64,000 bases of DNA from an uncultured Gemmatimonadales bacterium (GTDB lineage: Bacteria; Gemmatimonadota; Gemmatimonadetes; Gemmatimonadales; GWC2-71-9). Position 1 is the first letter of the stretch, and the number at the start of each line of letters is the position of its first letter. The position numbers were made by a program, and so were the translations under genes. Of this stretch, positions 8,853 through 17,534 are shown in pieces. The stretch spans positions 200,173 to 264,172 of the forward strand of contig CAVPLK010000004.1 in the NCBI GenBank assembly GCA_963705985.1, given 5' to 3'. The notes under the pieces are model-generated. The model did no database searches. It saw nothing but the letters and a program-made list of their open reading frames with translations, and was not told where the DNA came from.

Positions 8853-8925
8853 AATGTAGGGTCGCGGAGGGCCTCACACGAAGCCGCGAAGCCGCTTGAT
8901 ACTTGCTGCACGCCCCTCTGGCCGG

Positions 8926-8946
8926 GCAGTACTTCGCGCAGTACTT
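8926..8946 (+). promoter_or_regulatory. Direct repeat GCAGTACTT-cgc-GCAGTACTT, 30 nt upstream of the GMC oxidoreductase start (candidate operator)
   Basis: Two identical 9-mers at 8926-8934 and 8938-8946, each containing the palindrome AGTACT. Confidence 0.3.
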
Positions 8947-8975
8947 TCCGACGTCCCCTCTCCCCGGAATTCTCG

Positions 8976-10671
8976 ATGACCCAACAGGACCAGTCGAAGG
9001 TGTACGACGTCTGCATCGTGGGCTCGGGCGCCGGCGGCGGGATGGCCGCCTACATGCTCACCAGGGCCGGGGCGGATGTCGTGCTCCTGGAGGCGGGCGG
9101 TCAGTGGGACAACACCACCGACTCCGCCATGCTCACCTGGCCCTTCAACACCCCGAAGCGCGGCGCCTCGACGAAGGAGCGCCCGTTCGGTGAGTTCGAC
9201 GCCTGCATCGGCGGCTGGGAGCTGCCCGGGGAGCCCTTCACGGTGGCGGAGGGCTCGAAGTTCGGGTGGTGGCGGGCCCGGATGGTGGGAGGGCGCACCA
9301 ACCACTGGGGCCGGATTTCCCTCCGCTTCGGACCGAATGACTTCCGCCGCAAGAGCCTCGACGGGCTGGGTGACGACTGGCCCATCAGCTACAACGACCT
9401 TGCCCCCTACTATGATCGGGTCGATGACCTGATTGGCATCTTCGGCAGCGCCGAGGGACTGCCGAACGAACCGGACGGCCACTTCCTCCCGGCGCCGAGG
9501 CCACGCTGCTACGAACTGCTGGTGAAACAGGCCTGCGACAACCTCAAGGTGGCCTGCATTCCCGCCCGACTCTCGATTCTGACCAAGCCGCTGGGTGACC
9601 GTGCCGCCTGTCACTACTGCGGCCAGTGCAACCGCGGCTGCTCCGTGAACGCCAATTTTTCCTCCACCAACGTCCTCATTCCTCCCGCGCTGGCCACCGG
9701 CAAGCTGACGCTGGTCACCAACGCCATGGCGCGTGAGGTGACGGTCGGTTCCAACGGGCTCTGCGACGGCGTGACCTACGTGGACAAGACGACCAACACC
9801 GACCGGCAGGTGCGCGCGAAGGTGGTGGTCCTGGCGGCCAGCGCCTGCGAGTCGGCCCGGCTCCTCCTCAACTCGAAGAGCGCCAGGTTTCCGCAGGGGC
9901 TGGCCAACTCGAGCGGCGTGGTGGGGAAGTACCTGACCGACACCACCGGCACCGACGTGGCGGGGTTCATCCCCAGGCTCGAGAACGGCATCCCCCACAA
10001 CGAAGACGGCGTGGGCGGGGGACACCTCTACGGCCCCTGGTGGCTCGACAACAGGAAGCTCGACTTCCCGCGCGGCTACCATATCGAGATCTGGGGCGGC
10101 CGCGGCCAGCCGTCATACGGCTTCATGGGCGGGATCCAGAATTATCCCGCGTTTGGCGGCTACGGAAAGGCGCTGAAGGATTCCTACCGGCGGCTCTACG
10201 GCACCACCATCGGCTTCAGCGGCCGCGGCGAGATGATTCCCGAACGCCGACTCCTACTGCGAGATCGACCCCGACATCAAGGATCAGTGGGGCATCCCGG
10301 TCCTCCGGTTCCACTGGAAGTGGAGCGACTACGAGTACAGGCAGGTCAAGCACATGCAGGAGACCTTTCGCGCGCTGATCGACGAGATGGGCGGCGAGGT
10401 GTTCAGTCCGATGCCCACGAAGGAGCAGGGCTATGGCATCGCCACCGGCGGACAGATCATCCACGAACTCGGCTGTGTCCGGATGGGCAACGACCCTGAC
10501 CGCTCGGTGGTCAACGCCAATTGCCAGGCGCACGACGTGAAGAATCTCTTCGTGGCCGATGGCGGGCCGTTCGTGTCCCAGGCGGACAAGAACCCGACCT
10601 GGACCATTCTCGCGCTCTCGATGCGCACCTCCGAGTACATCGCGGCGCAACGCCGCCAGGGGGCCCTGTGA
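8976..10671 (+). pseudogene. GMC-family FAD oxidoreductase (gluconate/glucoside dehydrogenase flavoprotein-like), one frameshift at about 10240
   Basis: YDVCIVGSGAGGGMAAYMLTRAG (GxGxxG), RMVGGRTNHWG, then the C-terminal HELGCVRMGNDPDRSVVNANCQAHDVKNLFVADGGPF in frame 1. The switch is at CCC 10239-10241 (GEMIP|NADSYCEIDP). Confidence 0.85.
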
Positions 10672-11245
10672 CCGATCTCTCCCGCCGCGACATGCTCGGC
10701 CTGCTGGGAGTGGCGCTCGCCGCCGGCGCCGCCGGGTGCCGCCCCGACACGATCCGCAAGGCCGCCAATCGCGCCACGCCCTATGTGCCGACCTTCTTCA
10801 CCGCCGAGGAATACGCCACGGTCGCGGTGCTCGCCGACCTCACGCTGCCGGCCGACGACCGCGGCCCCAGCGCCACCGAGGCGGGCGTGCCCGGAGTTCC
10901 TCGACTTCGTGATGTCGGAGGAGATGGACAACCGGGAACGGATGCGCACCGGGCTCGCCTGGCTCGACGACGAGTCACAGAAGCGGTATCAATCGTCCTT
11001 CGTCGCCGCATCCGAAACCGACCAGCAACTGATCCTCGACGACATTGCATGGCCGAAGAAGGCGAGTGAGGAGTTCAAGGAGCCGGTGGCCTTCTTCAAC
11101 CAGCTTCCGGAACCTGACCGCCACCGGCTATTGGACCAGCAAGGTCGGCGTCGAGGACATCAAGTACATCGGCAACACCTTCGTCCCCGAATGGACCGGC
11201 TGCCCCGAACCCCAGCTCAAGAAGCTGGGCGTCAGCTACACCTGA
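10668..11245 (+). pseudogene. Tat-signal small subunit (gluconate 2-dehydrogenase subunit 3 family), two frameshifts
   Basis: GTG 10668 overlaps the GMC stop (GTGA). Tat motif SRRDMLGLLGVALAAGAAGC. ...EAGVPEFLDFVM...GLAWLDDES...FFNQLRNLTATGYWTSKVG...GCP. The switches are at CCC 10890-10892 and CC 11107-11108. Confidence 0.75.
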
Positions 11246-11256
11246 GCGGAGTCATC

Positions 11257-12498
11257 ATGGCCAAGCGTCGCCTCGGCGTCGGATTCATCGGCAGCGGCTT
11301 CAACACCCGGTTCCACATGCAGGCCTGGCAGGGAGTCCGCGACGCCGACGTCCTCGGCGTCTGGAGCCCCAACCGGAAGAATGCCGCGGATGCCGCCGGC
11401 CTCGCCCGCCGACTCGACGTGGGCCGCGCCAGGGCATATGCGTCCATCACGGAGATGGTGGCCGACCCCGCCATCGACGCGATCTGGCTCTGCGGCCCGA
11501 ACCACGCCCGGGTCGAGAACGTCGAGGAGATCACCGACGCCGTCCTCCGCGGCAAGGGCGAGCTCCTCGGCCTCGCCTGCGAGAAGCCGCTGGCCCGCAC
11601 CGTCAAGGAGGCGAAGCAGGTGGCCGCCCTGACGCGGAAGGCGGGCATTCCGCACGGCTACCTCGAGAACCAGCTCTTCAGCCCGCAGGTGGAGCATGGC
11701 CGGATGCTCCTCTGGGCCCGCGGCGCCGCCACCACCGGCCGGCCCTACCTCGCGCGCGCGGCCGAAGAGCACAGCGGGCCCCACATGCCGTGGTTCTGGC
11801 AGGGGAAGCTCCAGGGCGGCGGGGTCCTCAACGACATGATGTGCCACTCGGTGGAGGTGGTGCGGCACCTCCTCACGAAGCCCGGCGCGCCCCGCTCCTC
11901 GGTGCGGCCGGTCGCCATCACCGGGCGGATCGCCAGTCTCAAGTGGTCCCGGCCGGAGTACGTCCGCCGGCTCAAGAAGTCGATGGGTCCCGCAGTAGAC
12001 TACGCTCGCCGCCCCGCCGAGGACTTCGCCAGCGTCACCATCGAGTTCGAGACCGAGAGCGGGCACACCGTGCTCGGCGAGGCGACCACGTCCTGGAGCT
12101 TTGTCGGCGCCGGGCTCCGGCTCTCGGCGGAGCTGCTCGGGCCGGAATATTCGATGACGTGGAACACCCTCGACAGCGGGCTCAAGCTCTTCTTCAGCCG
12201 GGAGGTGAAGGGACGGGAGGGGGAGGACCTGGTCGAGAAGCAAAACGCGGAGCAGGGACAGATGCCGGTGGTGGCCAACGAACCGATGGCCTACGGCTAC
12301 GAGGCGGAGGACCGCCACTTCGTGCGGGTCTTCCTCGGGCTCGAGAAGCCGAAGCTCACCTTCGATGACGGCGTGGAAGTGGTGCGGACGCTGATGGCGG
12401 CCTACATGAGCGCGGAGTCGGGGAAGACGGTCAAGTTCCCGCCGCGCGGGCTGGATGCGTTTGTGCCAAAGGTCGCGAAAGGGACCTGGAAGCCGTAA
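11257..12498 (+). CDS. Gfo/Idh/MocA family oxidoreductase
   Basis: LGVGFIGSGFNTRFHMQAW (Rossmann N-terminus), ACEKPLART, and a long C-terminal alpha/beta domain. 413 aa, intact. Confidence 0.9.
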   Translation: MAKRRLGVGFIGSGFNTRFHMQAWQGVRDADVLGVWSPNRKNAADAAGLARRLDVGRARAYASITEMVADPAIDAIWLCGPNHARVENVEEITDAVLRGKGELLGLACEKPLARTVKEAKQVAALTRKAGIPHGYLENQLFSPQVEHGRMLLWARGAATTGRPYLARAAEEHSGPHMPWFWQGKLQGGGVLNDMMCHSVEVVRHLLTKPGAPRSSVRPVAITGRIASLKWSRPEYVRRLKKSMGPAVDYARRPAEDFASVTIEFETESGHTVLGEATTSWSFVGAGLRLSAELLGPEYSMTWNTLDSGLKLFFSREVKGREGEDLVEKQNAEQGQMPVVANEPMAYGYEAEDRHFVRVFLGLEKPKLTFDDGVEVVRTLMAAYMSAESGKTVKFPPRGLDAFVPKVAKGTWKP

Positions 12499-12500
12499 TA

Positions 12501-12543
12501 CCTCACCCCCTGACCCCCTCTCCGGCAAGCGGAGAGGGGGGAA
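12501..12543 (-). repeat. Intergenic hairpin element, family 1, copy C (inverted orientation)
   Basis: The reverse complement reads ttCCCCCCTCTCC-gcttgcc-GGAGAGGGGGt-CAGGGGGTGAgg. The loop is identical to copy A. Confidence 0.85.
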
Positions 12544-12552
12544 TGCCCCCCC

Positions 12553-12609
12553 GTCACCCCCGCGAAAGCGGGGGTCCAGTTTCTGGATTCCCGCGTGCGC
12601 GGGAATGAC
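12553..12609. repeat. Family 2 hairpin plus an inverted variant, together forming a compound palindrome
   Basis: GTCA-CCCCCGC-gaaa-GCGGGGG-TCCAG-ttt-CTGGA-TTCCCGCG-tg-CGCGGGAA-TGAC. It sits between convergent genes (stops at 12498 and 12619). Confidence 0.85.
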
Positions 12610-12618
12610 GGCACCAAA

Positions 12619-13959
12619 CTACAGAGTCCACCCACTCCGGTATTTCGGTGTAATCCACTCCTCTGGCAGCTTCATGTTGGTCACATTCCCCGTGACCGGA
12701 TCGATCTGCAGCGTCTGGCCCGCCCGGATGGCCAGGCACCCGAGCAGCACCATTTCCGTCAGCCCACCCGCGTAACCGTCGAAGCTCGACAGCGTGGCCA
12801 GCCCACCTTTGCAGGCGTCGATCCACTCGTCGTATACCCCCTTCGACCGCTCGTACACCTTGACGGGCGGATTGGCCCGCACCTCGGCGTCGCGCTTGGG
12901 GTCGAGCAGTACCGGATCTTCGCCATACATCCCGGCGATCAGGGCGCCGTCATCGCCGATCCAGAGTTGGCCACCGATGTCGGCCGGCGGCCACTCCATC
13001 GTGATCGGCAAGCCCACCGGCTGCGGCGGCCGGAGGTCGCCGTCCCGCCAGACCACTTTCACCGCTGAACGCTTCCCCTTGGCCGGGAACTGGTACTCCA
13101 CACGCGTCGACTTCGGCGCCGTCTCGAGGTAGCGCTGTGTCGACTCGGGAATGATCCGTTCCGGGTAGCCGAGGTCGAGGATCCAGTAGGCGGCGTCCAT
13201 GCCGTGGCAGGCCATGTCACCGAGGGCACCGGTGCCGAAATCCCACCAGCCGCGCCAGCGGAACGGCGCGTAGGCCGGGTTGTAGGGGCGCTCCGGTGCG
13301 GGGCCCAGCCAGAGGTTCCAATCCATCGTGAGCGGCGGGGCGTGCAGGTCCGTTGGCCGGTCCATCCCCTGCGGCCAGATGGGGCGGTTGGTCCAGTACT
13401 GCACCTCCCGCACGGTGCCGATCACGCCGGCCTCGATCCACTCGCGGAGAATGCGGACCCCATCGCCGGTGTGCCCCTGATTGCCCATCTGGGTGGCCAC
13501 CTTGGTCTTGGCCGCCTGCGCCTTGAGCGTCCGGACCTCGGTCAGCGTCCGCGCCAGTGGCTTCTGGCAGTAGACGTTCTTGTTCATTCGCAGCGCCATC
13601 ATCGCGGCAGCGGCATGCCCGTGATCCGGAATCGTGATGGTCACGGCGTCGATGTTCTTCGCCTCCTGCGCGAACAGCTCGCGATAGTCGCGGTACTTCT
13701 TCGCGTCGGGGTACTTTCGAAAGGTGTCCTCCGACTGCTTCAGGTCCACGTCGCAGAGGGCGTAGATGTTCTGGCTCGACACTCCCTTCACGTCGCTCTC
13801 TCCCATGCCGCCCACGCCGATGCAGGCGATGTTGAGCAGATCGCTCGGCGCGGTGTAGCCGGGGCCGCCGAGCACGTGGCGCGGGACGATGGTAAAGGCG
13901 GTGCTCGCTGCCGCCATGCTGCCCACGAAGTCCCGCCGGGTCGGAAGGGTCTTGGTCAT
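12619..13959 (-). CDS. Tat-signal Gfo/Idh/MocA family oxidoreductase
   Basis: MTKTLPTRRDFVGSMAAASTAF (twin-arginine), IACIGVGGMG, YCQKPLART. The part of the ORF upstream of Met142 is rejected. Confidence 0.9.
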   Translation of the reverse strand: MTKTLPTRRDFVGSMAAASTAFTIVPRHVLGGPGYTAPSDLLNIACIGVGGMGESDVKGVSSQNIYALCDVDLKQSEDTFRKYPDAKKYRDYRELFAQEAKNIDAVTITIPDHGHAAAAMMALRMNKNVYCQKPLARTLTEVRTLKAQAAKTKVATQMGNQGHTGDGVRILREWIEAGVIGTVREVQYWTNRPIWPQGMDRPTDLHAPPLTMDWNLWLGPAPERPYNPAYAPFRWRGWWDFGTGALGDMACHGMDAAYWILDLGYPERIIPESTQRYLETAPKSTRVEYQFPAKGKRSAVKVVWRDGDLRPPQPVGLPITMEWPPADIGGQLWIGDDGALIAGMYGEDPVLLDPKRDAEVRANPPVKVYERSKGVYDEWIDACKGGLATLSSFDGYAGGLTEMVLLGCLAIRAGQTLQIDPVTGNVTNMKLPEEWITPKYRSGWTL

Positions 13960-13970
13960 GTCGGTGTCCG

Positions 13971-15164
13971 TCAGGCCGGAGTAGTGGCCCGCGTGGAGGC
14001 GGGCCGGAAGAGTAGTGCGAAGACAAGGAGAATGACGATGGCGCCGATGGCGGGCACCTGCCAGATGCCGCGCCAGTCGTGCCCACCGCCTGGGAGCATG
14101 AAGTACTGCACGACCCGCCCGGAGGCCCAGGCACCGATCAGGTACCCGACCCCCTGCGTGATGAACGCCAGGAATCCCTGCGCCGCCGCGCGGACCTTCG
14201 GCCCCGCCCGTTCGTCGGTGTAGATCTGGCCGGTCACGAAAAAGAAGTCGTAGCAGATGCCGTGGAGCAGGATGCCGGCGTAGAGCATCCACATCGAGGG
14301 CCCCGTGTCGCCGTAGGCGAAGAAGAAGTACCGCACCGCCCAGGCCAGCATGCCGACCAGCAAGATCCGCCGCACGCCCCACCGCCTCAGGAACCAGGGC
14401 AACAGCAGCATGAACCCGATCTCGGACATCTGTCCGAGGGTCATCTTGCTGGCCGGCTCCGCCATGCCGACTTCATTCAGGAAGAGATTGGTGAAGGCGT
14501 AGTAGAACTGGAGCGGAATGCAGAGGAGAAACGAGCCGACCACGAAGGTGGCGAAGGAGCGGTCCTTGAGGAGCGCCAGGGCGTCGAGGCCAAGGATGTC
14601 GCGGACGCTGAGCGGCTTGCCGGCGGCATGCGGCGGTGTGTGGGGCAGCAGGAAGGCGAAGAGTCCGAGAACCACGGACGCGGCGGCGGCCAGCCGCAAC
14701 GGCGTGGCGGTCGCCTCGAGCCCCATCTGGCCGACGACGACGCCGGCCACGATCCAGCCGATGGTGCCAAGGACCCGGATCGCGGGGAATTCCTTTGCCG
14801 GATCCTGCACGTGGTCGAAGGCGATCGAGTTGGTGAGCGCGAGCGTCGGCATGTAGCAGAGCCCGTAGCCGACGAGCACCAGGAAGAAGGGGAGAAACTC
14901 GGTCACCGTGGATGCCCACCAAAGCATCGCCGCGCCGAGCAGGTAGAGCACCGCCAGGATCCGCTCGGTGGCGAAGAAGCGGTCGGCCACCATCCCCACG
15001 AAGAAGGGGGAGATGATCGCGGCAATGGCGAGCGCGCCGTAGGCCAGGCCGATCTGTTCGCCGTCGAACTGAAGGGTGGTGCCGAGGTAGGTGCCCATGG
15101 TGACGAACCAGGCACCCCAGATGAAGAACTGGAGGAACATCATGATGGAGAGCTTCAGTTTCAC
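13971..15164 (-). CDS. MFS transporter, nucleoside:H+ symporter (NHS/YegT-like) family
   Basis: (V)[26 protein letters not shown] is a typical NHS N-terminus. About 12 hydrophobic segments. GTG start overlapping the DUF1080 stop. Confidence 0.85.
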   Translation of the reverse strand: MKLKLSIMMFLQFFIWGAWFVTMGTYLGTTLQFDGEQIGLAYGALAIAAIISPFFVGMVADRFFATERILAVLYLLGAAMLWWASTVTEFLPFFLVLVGYGLCYMPTLALTNSIAFDHVQDPAKEFPAIRVLGTIGWIVAGVVVGQMGLEATATPLRLAAAASVVLGLFAFLLPHTPPHAAGKPLSVRDILGLDALALLKDRSFATFVVGSFLLCIPLQFYYAFTNLFLNEVGMAEPASKMTLGQMSEIGFMLLLPWFLRRWGVRRILLVGMLAWAVRYFFFAYGDTGPSMWMLYAGILLHGICYDFFFVTGQIYTDERAGPKVRAAAQGFLAFITQGVGYLIGAWASGRVVQYFMLPGGGHDWRGIWQVPAIGAIVILLVFALLFRPASTRATTPA

Positions 15165-15886
15165 GGAGTGACCTTAATCTTGATGCTCCGATACGCCACC
15201 CGGTCACCGTGATTCTGCAGCGCGATGTGTCCCGTGGCCGCCTTCCCGAAGGCAGGCCACTCGGAGAACTTGCTCTTCGCCACCCGCTCGTTGAAGTCGA
15301 CGCTGCCCAGCACGTATTCCGCGGCCAGCGTGCCGTTCAGCCAGTGCTGGACCTCGTTCCCCTTCACCAGGATCCGTGCCTCGTTCCACTCTCCCGCCGG
15401 GCGCGTCAGGCCCTCCCGTGCGGGATAGAGGGCGTAGACGGCCGCCGCCGCGATGGCGCGGGTGAGCCCCGACGACTGGCCCGCATCATCGAGCACCTGG
15501 TATTCCGGGCCGGTCCAGTAGGTGTTGGTCTCCGCCTCCGTCACCCGGTACAGGATGCCGCTGTTGCCCTTGGGCGCGATCATCCACTCGAGCGCCAGCT
15601 CGAAGCTCCCGTACATCTGCCGGGTGATGAGGTCGACGCCCTGGCCGACGCGGGTGAGCGCCCCGTCCACGACCTGCCACCCGTCGGGGACGGTGTCCAT
15701 CTGGTATCCCCGCCACCCGGCCGTCGTCGTTCCGTCGAACAGCAGCTGCCATCCCGCCGCGCGCTCGGCCTCGGTCAGCCGGTTCGGGGCCGCCTCCTGA
15801 GCGCAGGCCGGTGTGGAGGCGAGTGCGGCGAGGAGGAGAAGGAGAGGGATGGCTCCGGGGGCGATGCGGCGGCTCGGACAGGTCAT
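15161..15886 (-). CDS. DUF1080 (3-keto-disaccharide hydrolase family) secreted protein
   Basis: Signal peptide, then [17 protein letters not shown]...[20 protein letters not shown]...GPEYQVLDD...[19 protein letters not shown]. Confidence 0.85.
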   Translation of the reverse strand: MTCPSRRIAPGAIPLLLLLAALASTPACAQEAAPNRLTEAERAAGWQLLFDGTTTAGWRGYQMDTVPDGWQVVDGALTRVGQGVDLITRQMYGSFELALEWMIAPKGNSGILYRVTEAETNTYWTGPEYQVLDDAGQSSGLTRAIAAAAVYALYPAREGLTRPAGEWNEARILVKGNEVQHWLNGTLAAEYVLGSVDFNERVAKSKFSEWPAFGKAATGHIALQNHGDRVAYRSIKIKVTP

Positions 15887-16030
15887 CAGGAACTCGGAGG
15901 CGGGAATCGGGTGGTGTATCGGCCTCCGATACGTTCGCACGCGAACGGCGGCTCCGCAAGCGCCGGGGGCTGGTGCTTCCGCCGTTCACCGTGCATTTTC
16001 TCTCCTCCACTTATCCCTCACGGAGCCCGC

Positions 16031-16510
16031 ATGCGCCGCCTGTTCGCTTCTCTCCTCCTGCTTCCCGTCCTGGCCGCCTGTCAGCCGGCAGCACCCGCGG
16101 TCGACCTCGTGGCCGAGGAGGAGGCGATCCTGGCCCAGGTCGTGGCGTTCAACGCCGCCGTCAAGGCCTATGACGAGGCTGGAGTTCTGGCCGTGTACGC
16201 CCCCGACGCCGTCGTCTTCGCCCCCAATCAGGAGCGGATGACCGAATCGGCGCAGTTGAACGACTACTTCAGTGGGATGGAACAGCTGGGGATCCAGATG
16301 GCCGTGACGCCGCTGGAAGTGACCGTGGCCGCGTCGGGAGAGATGGCGGTGGAAGTCGGGACCTGGGCCCTCACCCTCCCCATGCCGGACGGCGGGGCGT
16401 TCAACGACAACGGGAAGTACCTCGCGGTGTGGACCAAGGCCAGCGGCACCTGGCTCATGAAGTACGACATCTGGAACAGCGACAACGCGCCACCAGCCCC
16501 GTCCAAGTAA
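16031..16510 (+). CDS. NTF2-fold (SnoaL/DUF4440-like) lipoprotein
   Basis: Lipobox LLPVLAAC. ...GKYLAVWTKASGTWLMKYDIWNSD. Only the last 159 codons of ORF 15209..16510 are accepted. Confidence 0.7.
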   Translation: MRRLFASLLLLPVLAACQPAAPAVDLVAEEEAILAQVVAFNAAVKAYDEAGVLAVYAPDAVVFAPNQERMTESAQLNDYFSGMEQLGIQMAVTPLEVTVAASGEMAVEVGTWALTLPMPDGGAFNDNGKYLAVWTKASGTWLMKYDIWNSDNAPPAPSK

Positions 16511-16525
16511 CTTCCCGCCCTCCTG

Positions 16526-16553
16526 CCCCGGACCAAACGGTCCGGGGCTTTCG
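16526..16553 (+). terminator. Hairpin terminator candidate
   Basis: CCCCGGACC-aaac-GGTCCGGGG followed by CTTTCGT. It starts 16 nt after the stop at 16510. The T tract is short. Confidence 0.5.
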
Positions 16554-16622
16554 TCCCTCCGTGACCCCGACATACCTTCCCGGGTCCGCCGGCGTGCTGT
16601 GCCGGTATCTCCGTGAGGCTGC

Positions 16623-17378
16623 ATGACACCCTGGGTCGCCCGACTGATCTTCCTCAACGTGCTGATGTTCGGCCTGACGATTGTCGTACCGGGGCTGGGC
16701 GATGCGCTGATGTTCGTGCCGGCGCTCTTCCTCGTCCGGCCGTGGACCATCGTCACCTACATGTTCCTGCACGGCGGGCTGGGGCACATCTTCTTCAACA
16801 TGTTCGCGCTCTTCTTCTTCGGGCCGCGGCTCGAAGCGAGGCTGGGGAGCCGGCGGTTCCTCGGGCTCTACCTGGCGAGCGGTGTGATGGGCGGCCTGCT
16901 GTCCTTCACCAGCCCGATGATCGGTGTCATCGGCGCCTCGGGCGCGGTGTACGGCGTGATGTTCGGCTTCGCTTACTTCTGGCCCCGCGAAGTGGTCCAC
17001 ATCTGGGGGGTGCTGCCGGTGGAGGTGCGGTGGTTGGTCGTGGCACTGACCGTGTTGTCGCTGGTCTCCGGCTTTGGCGGCGCGGGGGACGGCATCGCAC
17101 ACTTCGCACACCTCGGCGGCTTCCTCGGCGCCTGGGTCTACCTCAAGGTGATGGAGCGGACCAGCGGGGCGCGGCAGTTCCAGACCCGGGCAACCGCCAC
17201 CGCACCCTCGATTTCCTCCACCGCGGCGGTGGCCCGCTGGGCTCACATCCAGCGGGAGGGGCTGCACCCCGTCAACCTCGAGGAGCTAGACCGGGTCATG
17301 GCCAAGCTGCAGCAGGAAGGGGTGGCGCGACTGACGGACGGCGAAAAGGAGTTCCTGGAGCGGTTCAGCCAGCGGTAG
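16623..17378 (+). CDS. Rhomboid family intramembrane serine protease
   Basis: FLHGGLGHIFFNM, GASGAVYG (catalytic Ser), HFAHLGGFLGAW (catalytic His), and a soluble C-terminal tail. Confidence 0.9.
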   Translation: MTPWVARLIFLNVLMFGLTIVVPGLGDALMFVPALFLVRPWTIVTYMFLHGGLGHIFFNMFALFFFGPRLEARLGSRRFLGLYLASGVMGGLLSFTSPMIGVIGASGAVYGVMFGFAYFWPREVVHIWGVLPVEVRWLVVALTVLSLVSGFGGAGDGIAHFAHLGGFLGAWVYLKVMERTSGARQFQTRATATAPSISSTAAVARWAHIQREGLHPVNLEELDRVMAKLQQEGVARLTDGEKEFLERFSQR

Positions 17379-17382
17379 GCGG

Positions 17383-17464
17383 GGCAGGGAGGCAGGGAGG
17401 CAGGGAGGCAGGGAGGCAGGGAGGCAGGGCAAATGTCGTCACCCCGGCGAAAGCCGGGGTCCAG
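17383..17464 (+). repeat. Composite element: octamer array GGCAGGGA x5 plus a family 2 GNRA hairpin
   Basis: ggcaggga x5 (17383-17422) plus a partial unit, spacer caaatgtc, then GTCA-CCCCGGC-gaaa-GCCGGGG-TCCAG (17438-17464). It begins 5 nt after the rhomboid stop. Confidence 0.9.
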
Positions 17465-17534
17465 TTCTCGGCCCACGAGTCGTTGCATCCGCGCTTCACT
17501 GGCACTTCACGGTACCGCAGCGTACCTTGCACTC

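Noticed and set aside
17383-17429. Octamer arrays (8821, 17383, 25912) as CRISPR arrays.
   Set aside because: The units are 8 nt and directly abutting with no spacers. No cas genes are present.
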